DNA of 64,000 nucleotides from Candidatus Krumholzibacteriia bacterium (GCA_963836185.1 CAWIIQ010000001.1:480001-544000); one strand, 5' to 3'; counted from the first letter of the stretch, positions 38,708 through 49,577 are shown. Notes: generated by a model from the letters alone, not told the origin. Numbers and translations: made by a program.

Positions 38708-40076
38708 TTATTTTACGGTCCTTTCCGAGATGTCCACGCGGCCGCTGTCATAGTGCCCGCGCAGAATCGTCGGTACCCCGTCATCGCCGACGACCACTTC
38801 GAGCCTGAAGAAGTCGAGCTCATCGAAACAGAACATCGTTTCTGAGATCGCGTACATCCTGAACTTCGGGCGCTCCTCGCGCTGGTAGTACAGCTGACCG
38901 TCCTCGAACAGGATATTGCGGGGCCCGTACTTCCCGGCATAGCTCTTCATCGTCTTTTCGTCGATCTTGAAAGGTTCGCGGATCGCTTCGTAGCGTTCGA
39001 GCGCCCAGCCGAGACTTTCCTTCAGTTCGGGGATCTCCGCTTCTTCGTATAGCTTCTTGAGAGCTTCGTACTTCGCTACTTCGAGCGCGTCCTGCTGCGG
39101 AACCTGGATGTGAGGCTCGATTCCGGTGCCTTCCCAGTTGGTCATCGTTATCGGATTGACCGCGCGTCCGAAGGGAACACCGAGCTTGACGCCGAGGTCG
39201 GGGAATACCACAGTCGTGGTCGGGTGCGCCCCTCCGCCGGTCGTCTCGCCGATTATCGTGGCCCGTTCGAGGTTCTTCATGTTGTAGGTGAATTCCTCCG
39301 CGCCGGAGAAGGTCCTCCTGGCGGTGAGAATGTAGAGCGGTTTGTCGGCGAGGCTGGGCCCCTCGATATGCGACTGGGTCCAGAACTGCTTTATCGTGTC
39401 GGCCTCGCGGATGTAGAAGTTGTTGAGATGGGTAGCCTCCTCGAAGAAGTAGCTCGAGATGAGCTGGACCATCGTCGGGCTGCCGCCGCCGTTCTCGCGC
39501 AGGTCGATGATCACCGCGTAGCAGTTGGCGAGGAAGTTCATCGCCGCTACCGCCGTCGCGCCGCCGTATTTGGCGTTCGGCGAAGCCGTTGAACTTGAGG
39601 TACCCGATGTTGTTTTCGAGCCGCTCGACCCTTTCGAATCCGAAATTCGAATATGCCGCACGCGCGATGCGCATCTCCCTGTCATCGTCGGTCGGCTCAT
39701 CCTGCCTGGCGATGCGGATATCTTCCTCGGTGGCGGGGAAGACCCACAGGTGCCGGTCATGGCTGATCTCCTCCATGTCCTCGGTCAATCTCCTGGTGAA
39801 GACGTCGAGATCGTCGAGGTCATCGTATTTGCCCTTCTTGAGGTTTTTGGACAGGGTCTTGCCCATCTTTTCGGCCGTCTCGGCGAAGATGTACGTCTTG
39901 TCGAGGTGGAACCGGACGCTGTCGATGATCGCGGCCTTCGTGTCCTTGTCGAGTTCCGCGGCATCGGCGCCGGAGGGAAGGAACACGAGGAATGTCGCGG
40001 CGAGCAGCACTGCCGCCAGCACGATTATTATGAGCGCCATTTTTAAAGTATTGTGATCACCGGTCTCTGTTTTCAT
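38708..40076 (-). CDS. S41 family (IRBP-like) peptidase, secreted; frameshift near 39580
   Basis: Signal peptide; DRHL, NIGYLKFNGF / IIDLRENGGG, TFSGAEEF, GETTGGGAHP, WEGTGIEP. Confidence 0.88.
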
Positions 40077-40552
40077 CTCCTGTTCCTTTCTCCGATACGT
40101 TCACTGAGACTTCTTTCGTCGAAGGCGTCTTCGATGCCGGCGAGTCCGCTGAGAAAGTCGACTCCCGTCTCATCGACGACACCGGTAGTGACATCGCTGA
40201 CATCTTTCCACAGCGGCTCGAGCGCCGTTACCGTCTCCCTGCCTTTTGCTGTAAGGGAGATCAGGCGCCGCCTTCCGTCATCCGCGTCCCTTTCGTAAGT
40301 AATAAGGCCCTTGCTGTGCATCCCCGCGACCATCTGGCTGACAGCCGGGCGGGAGACCCCGAGTTTATCCGCCATCTCCGAGGCGGTGATCCCGTCCCTC
40401 TGAGAGAGCATCCACGCGGCGAGAAACCAGGAGTCGTTAAAATCGATCCCCCGGTCGCGGTAGACCTTCGACGCCTCGACCTTGAGGCGCTCGGCAAGCC
40501 TCTTCATCCGGCTCGCCAGTGCGAAGATCCCGAGTTCTCTCAGTGTGTCCAT
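40073..40552 (-). CDS. MarR family transcriptional regulator (paralogous to 26060..26563)
   Basis: ALASRMKRLAERL...ASEMADKLGVSRPAVSQ...DGRRRLISLT. Confidence 0.9.
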   Translation of the reverse strand: MDTLRELGIFALASRMKRLAERLKVEASKVYRDRGIDFNDSWFLAAWMLSQRDGITASEMADKLGVSRPAVSQMVAGMHSKGLITYERDADDGRRRLISLTAKGRETVTALEPLWKDVSDVTTGVVDETGVDFLSGLAGIEDAFDERSLSERIGERNRR

Positions 40553-40577
40553 CGAAATGACCTCTTCCGGCTATTTA

Positions 40578-40591
40578 GTTAAGCCCTTAAC
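40578..40591. promoter_or_regulatory. Candidate MarR operator
   Basis: GTTAAG-CC-CTTAAC palindrome 25 nt upstream of the MarR start codon. Confidence 0.45.
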
Positions 40592-40665
40592 CATCTCTGT
40601 ATTAATATACGCCTGATGGGTCTCCGTGTTCCAGAAAAAATCATTAGATGATGGTATATATGCAG

Positions 40666-40782
40666 TTACATGAGCCTGGAGGTGCCGTTGTCAGATCGTT
40701 CTGAAGGTACGGTGGTCACATCAGTTGATAGTGTGGCGATCACATCAGTTGATGGTGCGGTGGTCACATCAGCCTGAAGGTA
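40666..40782 (-). repeat. Four degenerate 24-25-nt tandem echoes of the lipoprotein gene's 3' end
   Basis: Units start (plus strand) at 40666, 40691, 40716 and 40740; gene copy at 40764. Each unit ends in a stop codon on the minus strand. Confidence 0.85.
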
Positions 40783-41303
40783 TAGGCGATCTCCCTGAAC
40801 TGGTCGTGGAACTGGTTGAACTGTGCGCCCCTGGTGACCCCGCGGAAGATATAGATAGCCGATCCCCTCTTCTGCATGTACTCGAGTCTCGCCTCGTAGC
40901 GCGGCTCGGTATCGATGACGTACAGGATGTACATCGTCTTCTGCCCGCCAACCTTGATCTCGCCGCTGTCCTCGTACTGGTAGTAGGCTTTTCCCTCGGG
41001 GAGCCTCTTCTTGTAGCTGTCGAAGAACTTCTCCAGGTCCGGGTCGCTCTGCATCCGCATTATAATCACCTCGAACGCGGTGCCCCTGATCTCGGGGTCC
41101 GCGCCCTCCTCAAGCGGCGCGTGAGCCGCGACGACCCTGCCGCCGCCCGGATCTTCCTCCACGGTCCAGTCTGCCGGGAAGGTGATGTGGAAGCCGTTCA
41201 CCTTGTCGCAGTAGACACCGGGATCGCCGGGGCACCTCGAACAGGAGAGCAGCGCCGCCGATGCAGCGAGAATACAGGTAAGAACGATGCAAGAGAGTTT
41301 CAT
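40764..41303 (-). CDS. Putative lipoprotein, PsbP-like fold
   Basis: Lipobox LLSC; GFHITFPADW; C-terminal F..IA.TFRL. Confidence 0.7.
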   Translation of the reverse strand: MKLSCIVLTCILAASAALLSCSRCPGDPGVYCDKVNGFHITFPADWTVEEDPGGGRVVAAHAPLEEGADPEIRGTAFEVIIMRMQSDPDLEKFFDSYKKRLPEGKAYYQYEDSGEIKVGGQKTMYILYVIDTEPRYEARLEYMQKRGSAIYIFRGVTRGAQFNQFHDQFREIAYTFRLM

Positions 41304-41471
41304 ACTCCGGACCTCCTGCGTGGATGATTACGTCATGGATATATCCTCATGTAGCCCGCCGGTCCGGTCAGTGTCAATCATCATTATCCGGCCCCGGTCT
41401 GTAATTGATTTACTCCTTTCCCTGTGATATAATCCCGGCGGCTCATCCCACATTAAAAAGGAGGGTGTCTC

Positions 41472-43894
41472 ATGGGCAACCGCATTATCCTTGCGGCGGC
41501 GCTTGGCGTTTTCGTCATTGCATCGGCAAGCGTATCCGTGCGTGCCGACTGGCCGGAGAATGGTCTATTGGTCTGCAATGAACTCAACACACAATCGAAT
41601 CCCCTTGCCATACCTGACGGTATGGGAGGTGTGATCGTGGTCTGGAGAGATTATCAGACAGGTGATGATATTTATGCCCAGCGGTTCAACGTGAGTGGAA
41701 CCCCGCTCTGGGACGCGCGTGGCGTCCCCTTGTGCACGGAAGCATCCAGTCAAACTATAGCCTATGCACAGATATGTTCAGATGGCTGTGGTGGTGTGAT
41801 CGTAGCGTGGGGGGACGGCAGGAATGGCGACTGGGATATCTACGCTCAGAGGATCGGCCACGACGGGACCGCACGCTGGACCGTCAACGGGGTTCAGATA
41901 TGCACCCTGGTTTCCAATCAACAGTATCCTCAGGCAGTACCTGATGGAGCGGGCGGCGCTTTGATCGTCTGGGAGGACTGGCGAAACAGCAATCTGGACG
42001 TCTATGCGCAGCGGATCGATGCCGGCGGGATAGTATGGTGGACCCACAACGGAGTCGCTCTCTGCACCGCGGTCAGTAACCAGACATGGATCAGAGCGGC
42101 ATCGGATGGAAGCGGGGGGATGATCTGCGCATGGATGGACTCACGCGCAGGTAATTACGATGTCTATTCACAGAGGGTCGACGGGAGCGGGAACGTCCAG
42201 TGGACAACCGACGGAATGCCTGTCGCCACTCTCACGACAGTTGACGGGAATCCCTGCATCATTGCCGACGGATCCGGAGGCGCGTTCATAACATGGATGG
42301 ACGGGAGGCCCGGGACGGACGGTATTTACGGGCAGAGGATCGATTCATCCGGTAGTCCGCAATGGACCGTAAACGGGGTATCGGTATGCAGCGCCGCAAG
42401 CAGTCAAGTCTACTCCTATCAGGACCTCGATGGAGAGGGGGGGATGGTCGTAACCTGGCTCGATTACAGAAACGGTATATATGATGTCTATGCCCAGCGC
42501 ATGAACGGTTCAGGAGTTGCTCTCTGGACGGTGGACGGGGTTCTTCTCGAGTCGCGTCCGCAAAACATGTACGACCCCAGGATCGTGTCCGACAAAGATG
42601 GAGGAGCGATCGTGACCTGGACGGAGAATGAAAACATATACGCTCAGAGGGTCGATGGAGCGGGAACGGTCCAGTGGCAGATGGAGGGGCTCCTTGTCTG
42701 CGGCGCCCCGGCCTACCAGGATGATTGCAGGATAGTGACGAACGAAGCCGGCGGAGCATATATCGTATGGCACGACTACCGGTCGGGAGATTACGACGTC
42801 TATGTGAGCAACGTAGAGCCTGATGGATCTCTTTATAGTGCGCCCCCCTCGATATCTTCGGCGAATGATGTGCCGGCCGACCAGGGCGGCTATGTCTATC
42901 TGTCATGGGACGCCAGCCGGGATGAGCGCTTCCGGGGCGATCTTGTGACTCACTATTCCATATGGAGGGCGATCGATCCCGCCGCCGCCCTTCTGGCTGC
43001 CGGCAGCGGAAGGCAGATTCTTGAGGCGGGCGCCGGCAATGCTTCCGTCATCCCCCTGGCTGCCGATATTCCCATCGGCGCTGTAAAGATGGAGATTCTC
43101 GACGGCGCGCCATGGTACTGGGAACTTGTTACCACACAGGAACTCTACTACCAGGACACGTACGGGCTGTCCGTATCGACACTCTGCGATTCCGTAGGCT
43201 TGGAAGAATGCTGGCACTACTTCCAGGTCGTGGCGCAGACTGCCGATCCGATGGTCTACTGGGCCTCGCAGCCGGACAGCGGGTACTCGGTAGACAACCT
43301 GGCCCCCTGCCCGCCCCTGGCGCTTGCCGGCGAGCAGAGTTTCACGCCGGAGGGGCTGGAGCTGACCTGGGCGCCGAACACGGAGCCGGACCTCGACTGC
43401 TACAACGTATACCGCGGCATCGGCCCCTCGTTCGACCCATCGCCCGGCAATCTGCTGGCCGAGGCATGCGACACACTTCTTTTCGACGGCGGCTGGTCGT
43501 GGGACTCGGATTTCTGCTACAAGGTCGCCGCGGTCGACGTACACGGGAACGAGAGCGGTTTCGCTCTGCTGTGCGCAGAGCAGGTCACAGGCGACGACCC
43601 GATGCCGCTGCCGGAGGCGACTTTCCTCGCGCAGAACTATCCCAATCCGTTCAATCCCGCGACGACGATTGCGTTCGGGCTTAAAAGAGTCCGGGTCTGT
43701 GTCACTCCGGATATATGACGCGGCCGGACGACTCGTAACTACTCTTGTCGATGAATCAAGACCCGCAGGCAGATATACCACTGAGTGGAAAGGCAAAAGA
43801 AGCTGATGGATCATCCGCCGCGAGCGGCGTCTACTTCTACAGGCTTATATCGAAGGAGTTCGAGGAGACCAGGAAGATGATCCTGCTGAGGTGA
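41472..43894 (+). CDS. Secreted 8-repeat beta-propeller-like protein with FN3-like modules and FlgD-Ig C-terminal domain; two frameshifts at A-runs (about 43685 and 43797)
   Basis: Eight DGxGGxxxxWxDxR...DIYAQR...W repeats; QNYPNPFNP; reconstructed end SGVYFYRL...RKMILLR* (TGA at 43894). Confidence 0.85.
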
Positions 43895-43955
43895 TAAGTA
43901 AAGATGATCCTGCTGAAGGGATGATTTTGTTGAAGCGATGATCCTGCGCATGTAG
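43874..43955 (+). repeat. Gene end (KMILLR*) followed by three degenerate echoes
   Basis: aagatgatcctgctgaggtga, then aagatgatcctgctgaagg (43901), atgattttgttgaagc (43921) and atgatcctgcgcatgtag (43938). Confidence 0.85.
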
Positions 43956-44084
43956 ATCTAGGGTTACGGCCGGATCCATATTGTCTGGTACTGTATATGC
44001 CGCATGCACATCTGAGCCGGTGGCGGATACTGCGAAGACCTGCTGCCATGACAGGATTTTTACGCACGATGGGACTGCCGTTTC

Positions 44085-44118
44085 AAAAAAAGCCACTCCC
44101 GGCGCCGGGAGTGGCTTT
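44085..44118 (-). terminator. Rho-independent terminator (possibly bidirectional)
   Basis: AAAGCCACTCCCGG-CG-CCGGGAGTGGCTTT with an A7 tract on the left. Confidence 0.85.
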
Positions 44119-44173
44119 CGTATTTCCTGACGCAAACAGGATATTTGCGAATTGCGCTGGTCAAGGCTCCAGT

Positions 44174-45194
44174 CTACTTTTCGAGCTGCTTCTTCATATA
44201 CTTCTCGACCTCTTTCTCGATCGAGCCGGGCATCTTCATGTTCTTCATGAAGGCGGTCGTGCCCGCATCCTCGAAGTAGACCTTCATGCGGTACATCGTG
44301 TCGACCATCGCAACCCTTATAACACCCATCTCATCCTGGTAGACGACGATCTCGAGCGGGTATGCGCCGGCGTGCGAGAGGCCGGGGCACGCGAAATCCT
44401 TGCGCTGCTCGTTCTGGCCGTTCTTGACTATCTGGTAAGACTTGGTGTCCATCGGCGAACCGGAGAGGCCCACTATAAATACGTTATGAGCCGGTACGTG
44501 GACCTGGTAGACGAGCTGAAGGCCCCAGTGTCTTTGTCTTCTCCTTGAAGCCGAGGCCGATGTCCAGACCGACCGCTGAGACCGAGCCCTTCTTGACGAC
44601 GTACTTCTGGTTGACGAGCTTCTTGAAATCGCCGCCGGCGACGACGCCCATCGTCTTGCCGATCTTTCCCTCGGTACGGAACTCGCCGTACTGGGCGCTG
44701 CTCGGTGTGCCTTTTACGGCAGACTGGATCATGGCGCTGAGCTCCGCGAGATGCTTCGCGGAGACATCCATGTATTTCTTGTCTTCCATCAGGACCGTGC
44801 GTGTCAGAGGGATGGGATTTACGACCGAGACGTGCGTCCCTTCCTCGTCCTGAAATATGTTGATGCGGTCGAGAGCCGCGTATGGGCCGGTCTCGACATT
44901 GGCGCCGACGATGATGTCGGCGAAATTCGGCTGGTAGACCACTATCACGCGGGACATGAAATCGCAGTTGTTCGGATCCTTCGAGTCTGTCGTTCCTGCG
45001 ACTATCCAGCCGGAATTTATCGCGGCATCATTGATCGCGGCCGAGATCTCATCTATCGAGCCTTCAGCCTGCCGGACGACGTACTGGAAGACGCCGTATG
45101 TCTCTCCGTCTATCGCGTTTGCCGGAAGAGCCAGCGATACCAGGACGGCAAGCATGATGACTGAAATACTGATGCCTGATTTATAAATCTTCAT
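44174..45194 (-). CDS. Secreted hypothetical protein (two DUF302-like halves); frameshifts at about 44480-44540
   Basis: Signal peptide (ALPANA). ORFs 44484..45194 and 44174..44473 are contiguous fragments; motif CPGLSHAGAYPLEIVV. The fold call is tentative. Confidence 0.6.
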
Positions 45195-45215
45195 CGATCG
45201 TCTCCTTGTTCACGG

Positions 45216-46509
45216 CTAGAAAGCAAAGCCTATTCCGAATTCCCACTGGTCCATTTCCAGTTCTATCATCTGCTGGCCCGGTACCTCAAGAGGATTCGGT
45301 CCGGATACCGAGTTGCTGAACGCGCGGGTCACGACAAATGAGAGCTCCTTGTCCATGCCGACGTCCTTGCTGATACCGAACGAAAGATGCTGCTCGACGA
45401 CCCCGGGAGCGAGGATGTTAAACATCACTTCACTCTCAGGTATCGGCTGACCGCCGTAAGAGTAACCGCCCCTGAACATCCAGCCGCCGTTTGTCATGTA
45501 CCAGGCGCCCGTCTTGAATATCATCATGTCCTCCCACCCGAACCCGGCGCCGCTGTCGTTGCCGAGCTGCGCTTCCTGGAGATTGGGGAGGATGGGATTG
45601 GCGATAGACTTAACCTGGCTGTACAGTGATCTGCTGGACATCGAACGCCAGGCCCATGCCGGGGAATCCGAACGCGACGCCGGCGGTCCAGTTCGCCGGG
45701 ATGTCGAATCCGCCCTGCTCGGCGAAGAGGCCGGCGTAGTCATCGAATTTGTCCATGTAAGTCTTGGTGACTGGTATGAGGCGCCGAATGAGAGGTACCC
45801 GAGCCATTCGCCGAGGTATCCGACCTTCACGCCGTATCCGACCGCGCTGCTGCTCGCCGTTATTTGTGAGGTTGTCCGGATCTGACGAAAAGCCCATCTC
45901 ACCGAAAGCCTGCAGTCCTTTTGCCTCGAAGCTCTGCCATGCGAAGATCGGGGTGATGCCGATCCCGTGGCTGTTGGCGATGAGCACGGAGAATGTAGGG
46001 GCGACGAAGAGCTGCATGAGGTTGACGCCTGTCGGCGTCGTCTGGCCGAACATCCCGCCCGGATCGAAGGTCGCCGTGGGATAATCGGTGTTCATCCCGC
46101 CGTTGCCGTAGACTGCCAGGCCGAGGGCCATCGTCTCTTCATCATTCAGAAGCCAGTTCGCCGAGATCGTCGGTACGTAGAAGACAGGCGAATCGCTCTC
46201 GTATGTCCCGGGAGCGAGGCCGAATGTCCCGGGGTCCATCGAGGGATCGCCCGTTACAGTGTACCTGCGGCTCGGATTGAAGATCGACAGCGACAGGTCG
46301 TACTGCTTGCCGACGAATGCCATGCCGCCCGGGTTTGTGGCCGCTGCCATCGGGCCGAGGTAGAGCGCCGCGCCGGCTCCTGCGAGCGCCTTGTACTTCA
46401 CGCCGTAACCATGTGAGAAATAGCCGTTTGTGGCGGTTGCCGGGGCCGCGAGGGCGCCGAGCAGGAATACCGCGATGAGCTGCCCTGAGGATTGACATCG
46501 AGACTTCAT
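45216..46509 (-). CDS. OmpP1/FadL family outer-membrane transporter; frameshifts at about 45630-45860
   Basis: Signal peptide then ATNGYFSHGYG...AGAG, NPGGMA, GNGGMNTDY, GFGWED; terminal aromatic ...GFAF*. Confidence 0.85.
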
Positions 46510-46847
46510 GAGGAATACCCCCCTGTAAAATGAAAGATCTCTATCAGGTAAAAGATCTGCATCGAATGAAATGACGGTATCAGATGCCTGGAGCCATATC
46601 AAACGAATGCCTGACAATATATATCGGAATAATAGTACCGGAATGATTATAAATCAACCGATTTGTACACATGGAATCAGGAGAATTGATTGGCAAATGA
46701 TGGGCGATAGGAGCATATTTATAGCAGGTAAGCAGAGGTCCTTTAAAGACAACTCAATCCCCACCGACCCCACCGGGTTTTTCTTTCCGGTGCGCTCGCC
46801 TGTGCGGCGGTCAGCCGGATACACATCTTATTGCAGGGGGTAAAGCG

Positions 46848-48892
46848 ATGCGCTCTCTTATTTCCACTCACTATCATCCTGGTCCTGGTACTCGTCCTGC
46901 CTGCGGATTCACGGGCAAGGGAGGATGGACATCTGGTAACAGACGGTAGTCGGGACAACCTCGGGATAATGGTGTTAGACGGCTCCGGGGTCCATGACAT
47001 CGGGAGCTTCTTCTCCATACTGGAAACTGGGGGATCTTCGGGTCGTATCCCGGCTCGAGCATTCCCATTGCGGATTATCCTTCGGCCATGTGGCCGGCGA
47101 GCAGCGGCGTCGAGCATCTATTTATCGAGGGGATATGGATCGGCGCGAGAAAGGGAGGCTGGCCGAAGGTATCGACATCGGCTTTCGAGAGGGAGTTCAT
47201 GCCGACCGACGACCCGGTCGATATCATATACGACTCGTACGAGGGAGCCCCGGGGGGGATAAGGCTTCCGTCACCAGGCGCAGATGACGACGGCGACGGG
47301 ATGATCGATGAGGACTGGCTCGACGGACACGATAATGACGGGGACGGCCTTATCGACGAGGACTTCGCCGCCATTTCGCCGCAGATGTTCAGTTCGTGGT
47401 TTGCCGACAACATGCCGGGCATCACCGAGATCTATCCTGAACATGATCCCCTGGACATAGTGTTGAGGATGGAGACCTACCAGTGGGACGACGATGATTT
47501 CGACGATTTCGTCGGTGTGAAGTTGACCATGACCAATGTCGGCGAAGAGGTCCTCGAGGATATCTACTTCGGGATGTTCACCGATGCAGATGTCGGGCGA
47601 AGGAGCGACGGGGAATACTACAAGGACGACGCCTGCGCGTACTGGAGGGGGATGAGAGAGTCGGGGGACGGTGAGGTATATGTCGATATCGGTTATGCGT
47701 TCGACGCTGATGGAGACGGTGGAAGTACAACGAGTTATTACGGAACGATGATACTGGGCTGTTCGGTCGATCCGGAGTGGTCGACCGTGAAGGGCCGGGC
47801 AGAATGGACTGACATTCCGTGCTTTCACCGGAGGAGACCAGCCGTATGAGAACGGCGGCGATCCGACGAACGACTTTCAGCGCTACGAAATCATGTCGAA
47901 GGCCGGTTGGGACGCCGTTGCCCCGGATGGGATCGATGTCCGTTATCTCTGCAGTACCGGGCCGTATACCGAGCTTCAGCCCGGTGGTTCGATCACATTC
48001 CACATCGCGCATGTCTGCGGCTTCGGCCTCGAGGGGCTTCTCGACAATGCCGCTAAGTGCAAGCGCCTGTTCGACGGGATAACATTCGACTATAACGGCG
48101 AAGAGACCCAGGTTCACTGGACGCTCGACGAGCCTGCTCTCGCCGGTGTGCTCGACATCAAGCCCGGCACATGCAAGAACCCGTTCAACATCAAGAACTT
48201 CGAGTTTGCACATGAGCGGGAACCCGAACAAGGGCGGCAAGATGCCGGTCGCGATCCTCGGCGGCGAAGGATTCGACGTGACAGAGATCGATATATCCAC
48301 GATACAGGCTCAACGGAGTGGCGCCTCTCTGCAAGGGTCAGTCGTTCTGTGATGTCGCCGGGCCGGGAGAGAATGAGGGGCCGTGTCAGTGCGGGGAGGA
48401 AGGACCGGACGGATACACCGACCTTCTGCTGAAGTTCAGCAACCAGGAGATCGCCGCGACGAGGCTGATCCTGTCGATACCTCAGCCGGGCGAGAAATGG
48501 ACACTGGCGATGACAGGTGAGTTCAATGACGGGACGGAGTTCCAGATGACAGACTGCGTCACCTTCGTCGGCGAGCCGCCGAAGTTCGATAAGCCGGACA
48601 GGCCGATGCTCACAGGGGAGACGAGGCTGATGAGCGCGTCTCCCAACCCGTTCAATCCGGCGACGACGATAGCGTTCGAGCTCGCCGCGCCGGGGCAGGT
48701 GTCGATCACTGTCTACGATGTCAGCGGACGGATGATCCGAAGTCTCGTCGACGGGCACCTGCCTGCAGGGATGCACGAAGTGACATGGAACGGCCGTGAC
48801 CGCAGCGGCGCCACCGTGGCGAGCGGAGTCTACTTCTACAGGCTCATGGCCGGCGAGGTCTGGAGACCCGTAAGATGGTACTATTGCGCTGA
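46848..48892 (+). CDS. Secreted protein, paralogue of the 18743..21310 N-terminal region, with FlgD-Ig C-terminal domain; multiple frameshifts
   Basis: Fragments VLDGSGVHDIG...WPASSGVEHLF...DDDGDGMIDEDWLDG...; LDIKPGTC.NP; SPNPFNP...SGVYFYRL...RKMVLLR* (TGA at 48892). Confidence 0.75.
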
Positions 48893-48907
48893 TTGCAGGC
48901 ACAGACC

Positions 48908-48951
48908 TTGACAATGAGGACCTCCTGTATTACAATGTAATACAGGAGGTC
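48908..48951 (+). promoter_or_regulatory. Toxin-antitoxin promoter with perfect 16-bp inverted-repeat operator
   Basis: TTGACA-17-TACAAT; GACCTCCTGTATTACA-A-TGTAATACAGGAGGTC overlaps the -10 box and the AGGAGG RBS. Confidence 0.85.
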
Positions 48952-48956
48952 TTGTC

Positions 48957-49175
48957 GTGAAAAAGCCGATCACAGTACGCCTGCCGGACGATCTGCGTGA
49001 AGAGCTTCAGGATATGGCCAGCCTGGAAAACATTCCGGTCAGTGACATTGTCCGTGAATCGATACGCAAATATATATCGGTCCACAGGTTCAGGCGTCTG
49101 AGGAACAAGGTTCTGCCTTTTGCCGAGGCCCAGGGGCTACTTACCGATGAAGATATCTTCGAGGAACTGGGATGA
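48957..49175 (+). CDS. Ribbon-helix-helix (CopG-like) antitoxin
   Basis: KPITVRLPDDLREEL...VSDIVRESIR; ATGA overlap with the PIN gene. Confidence 0.85.
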   Translation: MKKPITVRLPDDLREELQDMASLENIPVSDIVRESIRKYISVHRFRRLRNKVLPFAEAQGLLTDEDIFEELG

Positions 49176-49573
49176 GGCTTGTTCTCGATTCAAATGTCAT
49201 CATAGCCGCGTTCGCAACTCGCGGGCTCTGCCAGGCACTGTTCGAGTACTGTCTCGAAAACCACGACGTGATCCTCTGTGAAGAGATTCTCGGCGAAGTG
49301 AGGGCAGCGTTGCTGGGTAAAATAAAGGTGCCGGAGGAAGTAGTCGGCCAGATAGAGAGTTACCTGCGAAACAGCGCGGAACTGGTCAGGCCAGCCGCAG
49401 TTGATATTCCAGATCTCAAAGACAGGTCCGATCTGCCGATCCTTGGAGCGGCAGTTTCATCGGGAGCGGATTATCTGGTCACTGGTGATGGAGAGTTGCA
49501 GGCGCTCAGGAAGGTCGCTGATACGGCGATAGTATCTCCACGGACGTTATGGGAGAAGATGAAGAGTGGATGA
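49172..49573 (+). CDS. PIN-domain toxin (VapC-like)
   Basis: MRLVLDSNV...E...D.SD..IL..A....ADYLVTGD. Confidence 0.9.
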   Translation: MRLVLDSNVIIAAFATRGLCQALFEYCLENHDVILCEEILGEVRAALLGKIKVPEEVVGQIESYLRNSAELVRPAAVDIPDLKDRSDLPILGAAVSSGADYLVTGDGELQALRKVADTAIVSPRTLWEKMKSG

Positions 49574-49577
49574 AGCT

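Noticed and set aside
40666-40782. CRISPR array
   Set aside because: Units are contiguous 24-25-mers with no unique spacers, they copy the adjacent gene end, and no cas genes are present.
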